DNA from: Phaeosaccion multiseriatum
Lineage: Eukaryota; Protista; Ochrophyta, other classes
Length of the DNA stretch: 64,000 nt
Assembly: GCA_965112735.1 (NCBI GenBank)
Contig: OZ218955.1
Coordinates: forward strand, 186,001-250,000
Reading direction: 5' to 3'
Shown: piece by piece, positions 59,141 to 64,000 of the stretch
Numbering within the stretch: the first letter of the stretch is position 1
How the letters are laid out: each line of letters starts with the position of its first letter
The notes under the pieces: model-generated
What the model was told of the DNA's origin: nothing
What the model saw: only the letters and a program-made list of their open reading frames with translations
The model's database searches: none
Position numbers and translations under genes: made by a program

Positions 59141-61519
59141 GTGGTGGTGGTGGTGGTGGTTGGGGGGGGGCAGGACCCCGAAGCAGCACCGGTGCTACTA
59201 CGGAGAGTGACTGCTATCGGGTGAATGTTCTCTGCTTGCTGCTGGCGCATGGAGCGAGGCTCGACATGTTCGACCGAGAGGGTCTGCAGCCCCTGCACAG
59301 AGCAGCACGAGCAGGCCAGGTGAGCGGTGGGGGGTGAGGGATGAGCTGCGCGGACAGAAAGGGTTGAAAGGGTAGAGAGAGAACAGAGAGTAGAAAGCTC
59401 ATGGGAGGATACAGAGGGATGGCTGCTCGCCCCCACCTTTCCTCGCCCTACCCTGACTCTGACTGTGACCCTGACCCTGACCCTGACCTTGACCCTGATC
59501 CTGACCCTGACCCTGACCCTGACCCTGACCCTGACCCTGACCCCGACCCTGACCCTGACCCCGACCCTGACCCTGATCATGAATCTGCGACTGCCCCTTC
59601 TCCTACTTCATGTGTCGCACGTGCTCGCTCCATCCTCCTCCCAATCCTCATATCGCTCCCTCCTCCTCCCCTCCCCCCTATGGCTTGCTCCTTCCCTAAA
59701 GGTCCGGGCCGCTCTCTGTCTGCTGTCCGGCGGCGCTGACTTGTACGCTCGCACTCGGAGGGGACAGACAGGTGCGAGGGACGTACCTGGTGTCAGTCAG
59801 TCAGCTAGTACGTGGTGTCAGTCAGTCAGCTAGTACCTGGTGTCAGTCAGTCAGCTAGTACCTGGTGTTGGTCAGTCAGCTAGTACCTGGTGTCAGTCAA
59901 TCAGCTAGTACCTGGTGTCAGTCAATCAGCTCGTACCTGGTGTCAGTAAATCAGCTAGTATCTGGTGTCAGTCAGTCAGCTAGTACCTGGTGTCAGTCAA
60001 TCAGCTAGTACCTGGTGTCAGTCAGTCAGCTAGCACCTGGCGTCAGCCGGCCAGTAGCAGTACCTGGTGTCAGCAAGTCAGTAGCAGTACCTGGTGCCCG
60101 TCAATCAGTAGCAGTACCTGGTGTCAGTCAATCAGTAGCAGTACCTGGTGTCAGCCAGTCAATAGCAGTACTTGGTGTCAGGCTAGGGGGGGGGGGGTAG
60201 CTGGGGCACATGGGGCCTCTCTCATGCAACGGCAAGGGCTTATGTCCGGCTATGCCCGAAGTCCGAACGTGTGCTCACTCGTCCCCCAATCCTCCTCTTC
60301 CTCCCCCTCCTCCTCCTCCTAGATTCGGCCTCGATTCGAAACTAAACCTATCCACTCCACCCCCCCCCCCCCCCCCCAACATCTATCCGCTGCCATCGCT
60401 CCCCCCTTACTTCCAGCCCTGCACCTAGCCGCACTTAAGCGCCGTAAGGCTGTGTGCCGCCTTCTCGCGTATTGGGACAGCGAGCGCTGCGTACTCAGGG
60501 GCCTCCGGGACTGTCTAGGGATCACGGCAGAGGAGGGGATGGGCAGCTCGGCCGGCTTGGGGGGCGAGGATACCCAACAAGACCAGGACGGGGAGGAGGA
60601 CCTCGGTGTGGACGAGGGAGCGGGCATTTTGGCGTGCTTGCACACCCCGTGGGAAGCGGCCTTCCGCGGAGATGTTGATGGCCTCAGGAGGTGTCTGTTT
60701 GACGGGGTCGGCGCAGGGGAGGGGGGCGGGGGGGGGAGGGGGGGGAGGCGAGTCATCTATCCGACGGCGGCGGCACTGCGGAGCCTGCCTTGGGCACCTC
60801 CGGGGCTCGGCAGCCGCACACCTGTGCACGGGCTGACTCCGCTCCATTGCGCTCTCGTCGGACTGGCGGCGGCCGCCAAGGGCATCAACCTGCTAAGTAA
60901 ATCAGGGAGGAGGGGAGGGGGAGGGGGAGGAGGAAGAGGAGGAAGAGGAGGGGAGAGCAATTTAGGCGTTGTGGAGGCGCTGGCCAAGCGTGGCCGGCGC
61001 CCTTCCCACTGTAGCGTGTCCAGCAACGCCGCCGTGTTCCGTCCCTACCGAGCCACCGTGAGGCTCCTTCTGACCCAGGAGAGGGACTCTGTGGCCGGGG
61101 TGGACAAGTGCTGTCGCACCCCGCTACACCTCGCGGCCGCGGCGGGAGTGCTCGACGTTGTCACTGACCTGCTGCAGGGAGGGGCGAATGTGACTAGCGT
61201 GGACACTGAGGGCAACACGCCGTTACACTATGCCTTTGCCTTTGCCAACGCAGCTGTGGCTCAGGCGTTGGAGAAGGCCGCTCGGGCACAGGAGCAGGGG
61301 GGCAGCAGCAGCAGCAGCAGTAGTAGTGGCAGTAGTACCAGTAGGAGTGGTAGCAGGAGCCGGAGCGGTGAGGAGGGTGGTGAGAAGGGTGGGGGTGGGT
61401 CCGATGTTGTGAACAAGGAGGGGCGCACACCGAGGGAGGTGATGGGTTTCGGTGTCAATGTCATGCCCTTGCTCGCCGCCCAACGCACTACAGTCGCGGA
61501 AGCAGCGGTGGACGAGTGA
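55337..61519 (+). CDS. Ankyrin-repeat protein with an EF-hand-like segment, multi-exon
   Basis: Ankyrin motifs RTALHYA, GHTALHWAA, GRPALLFAA, GWTALHH, GLQPLHRAA, RTPLHLAA and GNTPLHYA. EF-hand-like FEEFDRRGRSTVSLSDFREAL. Confidence 0.85.
59452..59578. repeat. (CCCTGA)n intronic hexamer repeat
   Basis: Directly visible. The same unit forms a coding (GS)n tract at ~41270-41355. Confidence 0.9.
59783..60180. repeat. Intronic minisatellite: 25-bp GTACCTGGTGTCAGTCAGTCAGCTA units grading into a ~27-bp variant
   Basis: About 15 tandem units are directly visible. Confidence 0.9.
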
Positions 61520-61541
61520 GAGAGAAGAGAGAGAGGGAGAA

Positions 61542-61572
<31 letters not shown>

Positions 61573-62531
61573 CGTGCGAGCCACGGGGGCGATGTGGAGG
61601 AGCGGTTTGGTTCATTCGTAACGAAAGGAAGGTATGGATCTTAGCAGCCAATGAAAGATGAAAGAGATTACAATAGTAGCTAGTACGTCTTGATCAGCCA
61701 CGTATGGGCGGGCCATACTACATGCAAAGGCTCCAAGCTCCAATGCTTGGGGAAGGGCATTTAGCCGTCAGCCAGCCAGCTAGGAGGGGCGCATCGCCGA
61801 TGGAGGGGAAGGAAGAGAAATATAATAATAATGGGAATCACCTTAAGAAACTGAAAGTGTGAACGTAACTAAGTGTGTGTGTGTGTGATTTTTTTGTCGT
61901 AGCACCAATTGCTGTATCATGGTTGGCATTTGGTGTGGCCTCGATGGCAGCAGACGTTAATGCGAAGTGATGCCACGCCAGCAGGAAAGGCAAGTTGAGT
62001 ATAAAAAAGCAGATAAGAAGAGGGCAGCAGAGAGCATGCAGGGATGGTGAGGGGGATACTGAAGAGGGGCATTAAGGCTGTGTGGGCTAGAGAAGGTGGT
62101 AGTGGCGGCGGCCCCTTTTCTTTTCGAAGGGCAAGGGCAACTGCAGGTGCAATTGTTGAGACAAGAGCAGAAGGACCGACAGTGCGATGAAGCGGTGTAG
62201 GGCATCAAGAAGGAGAGAAGGAGAAGCAGGAGCAGGATCAGCAGCAGGGGGACGGACGGGATATCGCTCTCCGGTGCTCCTCTCTCTGCTCATTGTTGGT
62301 TTGCACAGCTCGCCACTTGTTTCTGCCTACATCGGAGGGGCGCGCTTCTCTGTCATCGACCGCTATTGGGACACAGGTGCCGCGCCGGCGAGCAGCGGTA
62401 GTGGCAACAGCAGCGGCAGCAGTGGTGCTAGCGGCCCTGGCGCCCAGCAGTTTGGTGGTGGTGGCGGCGGTGGAATCAGTACGGAGGGAAGTAGTGTCAC
62501 GAACGGTGCCGGCAGCGACGGGTATGGCCCC

Positions 62532-64000
62532 ATGGGTAGGGGAAGGCCTCCTAGCGGGGGAGGGGGGGGGGGGGGTGCAGCAGTAGGAGCAGCAGCAGCG
62601 ACAGTAGTGGGAGCAGGAATAGGAGGACGAGGGGGAGCAGGCATAGGGGCACTCCAGAGTAACTCGAGCTTGCCGCGTCGAGCGAGAGCAAGAAGGCGCA
62701 CCTACGCCCCAAGGGCCCTACTGCAGCGCCCCTTTGACAAAATCTACTCCTCCTCCCTTGGCGGAGTTGCGTGGGCAGAGCAGGGCGGAGGTACCACCAC
62801 CGCCACCACCAGCGCCACCCCGAGCTACTACTACTCCATGTCCAAGCGGCCGCTGCGGGTCATCACGGACATCGACGATACAGTCAAATCCAGTGGGAAC
62901 AAGCGGCTGGCGGGTATTCCCCTGGGGGGCGTCGATGCCCAGTACGAAAGAGGGGCCTTCTACCCCGGGGTGGCGCAATTCGCGCTGGAGCTGGCCCGGT
63001 TCGGCTCGGCCAAAGAGATTGGCCCTCTGCCAGTGGCGGTGCTCACGGCCAGAGCTCGCGAGTTCAAAGTAGCGTTGGAAATCAACGCGGAGCACCCCAT
63101 CAGCCAGAAGTTCAGGGAGACGGGGGAGAGAGAGGGGGAGGCGGGCTGGGGCATTGGCCCCGTGCTGTACGGGAGCGTCAAGGAGTGGATCATTCAGTCC
63201 GGGAAATCCGTGCGGAAATTTAGCAACTTCAAGCTGCTGATGCGCGCAGACGGGGCGTACATTGCCAGCAAGATGGGCGTGCCTCCCGCTCAGCTCAACG
63301 ACTTTCTGTCGGCCGAATGCGGCGGCACAGCGCTGTCTGCGGCTGCCCATGGGGACAAGAAGAGCAGCAACAGCGGCGGCAGTAGCGGCAGGATTAGTAT
63401 CATTGGTAGCGGCAGAAGCAGGGGCAGCCTCGCGGGAAAGACTGGGAAGAGAGCAAAGGCACACATCACAAAGGGGAAAACTCTGCTGAAGAACACGCTC
63501 AGCAAGGGCAGCCAAAGGACCCCCGGGGGGGGCTCGGGCAACACAAAGCCGCAGTCTCCCTCTCCCTCACCTTCTCCTTCCGCGGCCTTGGCCTTGGCCC
63601 GGGGGGAGAAGGAGGAGCCACCGCTCATGGCCATTTGCGACTACATCTTTATTGGAGACACGGGAGAGGGTGACGCGAAGGCCGGGGACGAGATGTGCAT
63701 CGCCTTCCCACAGGTCATGAGAGCGGTCTTTATGCACGTGGTTTCCGGGGCTGTAGACGGCTCCTCCTGCCCCACCGGGCGGACGGTGAACGGCGTGCCC
63801 GTTGTCTACTTCAAGACTTACATCGGGGCGGCTCGACAGGCCTTCAAGTTGGGGCTGATGGACCGTGAAGGACTGGATCGGGTTGTTGAGGCGGCCAAAA
63901 GAGACCTTACGGAATACTGCGAAGCAGCGTCCGAGGCCTCCGGTGGGGAGCATGTGGTGAAGAGGGAGGACTGCAGCAAGTGGCGCGACTTGCTGGACGA
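62532..64000 (+). CDS. APP1/DUF2183-like HAD phosphatidate phosphatase, partial (runs off the window; true start may be upstream)
   Basis: Frame is open from ~62192 to the window end. Motifs VITDIDDTVKSSG, FYPGV, VLTAR, YIFIGDTGEGD and VYFKTY. A hydrophobic VLLSLLIVGL segment lies upstream of the first ATG. Confidence 0.75.
   Translation, partial: MGRGRPPSGGGGGGGAAVGAAAATVVGAGIGGRGGAGIGALQSNSSLPRRARARRRTYAPRALLQRPFDKIYSSSLGGVAWAEQGGGTTTATTSATPSYYYSMSKRPLRVITDIDDTVKSSGNKRLAGIPLGGVDAQYERGAFYPGVAQFALELARFGSAKEIGPLPVAVLTARAREFKVALEINAEHPISQKFRETGEREGEAGWGIGPVLYGSVKEWIIQSGKSVRKFSNFKLLMRADGAYIASKMGVPPAQLNDFLSAECGGTALSAAAHGDKKSSNSGGSSGRISIIGSGRSRGSLAGKTGKRAKAHITKGKTLLKNTLSKGSQRTPGGGSGNTKPQSPSPSPSPSAALALARGEKEEPPLMAICDYIFIGDTGEGDAKAGDEMCIAFPQVMRAVFMHVVSGAVDGSSCPTGRTVNGVPVVYFKTYIGAARQAFKLGLMDREGLDRVVEAAKRDLTEYCEAASEASGGEHVVKREDCSKWRDLLD

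Noticed and set aside
59452-59578. Telomeric repeat / chromosome end
   Set aside because: The unit is TCAGGG rather than TTAGGG, it is intronic, and it also occurs as a coding GS tract.

Overview
Eukaryotic, GC-rich, intron-rich nuclear DNA with GT-AG introns full of microsatellites. It is most likely an ochrophyte/stramenopile alga, judging from an Ectocarpus-style LRR cap and an ASAFAP-like plastid presequence; this is inference. Most short six-frame ORFs are artefacts of simple repeats. By reading splice sites I can support about 13 genes: the 3' end of an unknown gene, a C1orf131/DUF4602-like gene, a 13-kb GlmS-like class-II amidotransferase/SIS gene with membrane helices, SDHC, a secreted SGNH-like protein with two CBM4/9 domains, a small RPA14-like ORF, an LRR-kinase-RING gene with 72-bp LRR exons, a C2 plus TORTIFOLIA1-like HEAT gene, two tandem GT15-like mannosyltransferases in a ~3.5-kb duplication, a DTW (acp3U) enzyme, an ankyrin/EF-hand gene and a partial APP1-like phosphatase. 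Non-coding structure includes MITEs with TCG...CGA termini and 6-bp TSDs (one confirmed by an empty paralogous site), a hairpin made of Copia RT relics, an inverted cassette between the paralogs and dispersed DNA motifs. The most interesting candidates are the cytosolic LRR-IRAK-RING receptor with modular variable exons, the 6-bp-TSD MITE family and the membrane GlmS-like enzyme. No CRISPR array, rRNA or tRNA was seen. Family assignments come from motif recognition only; no searches were run.
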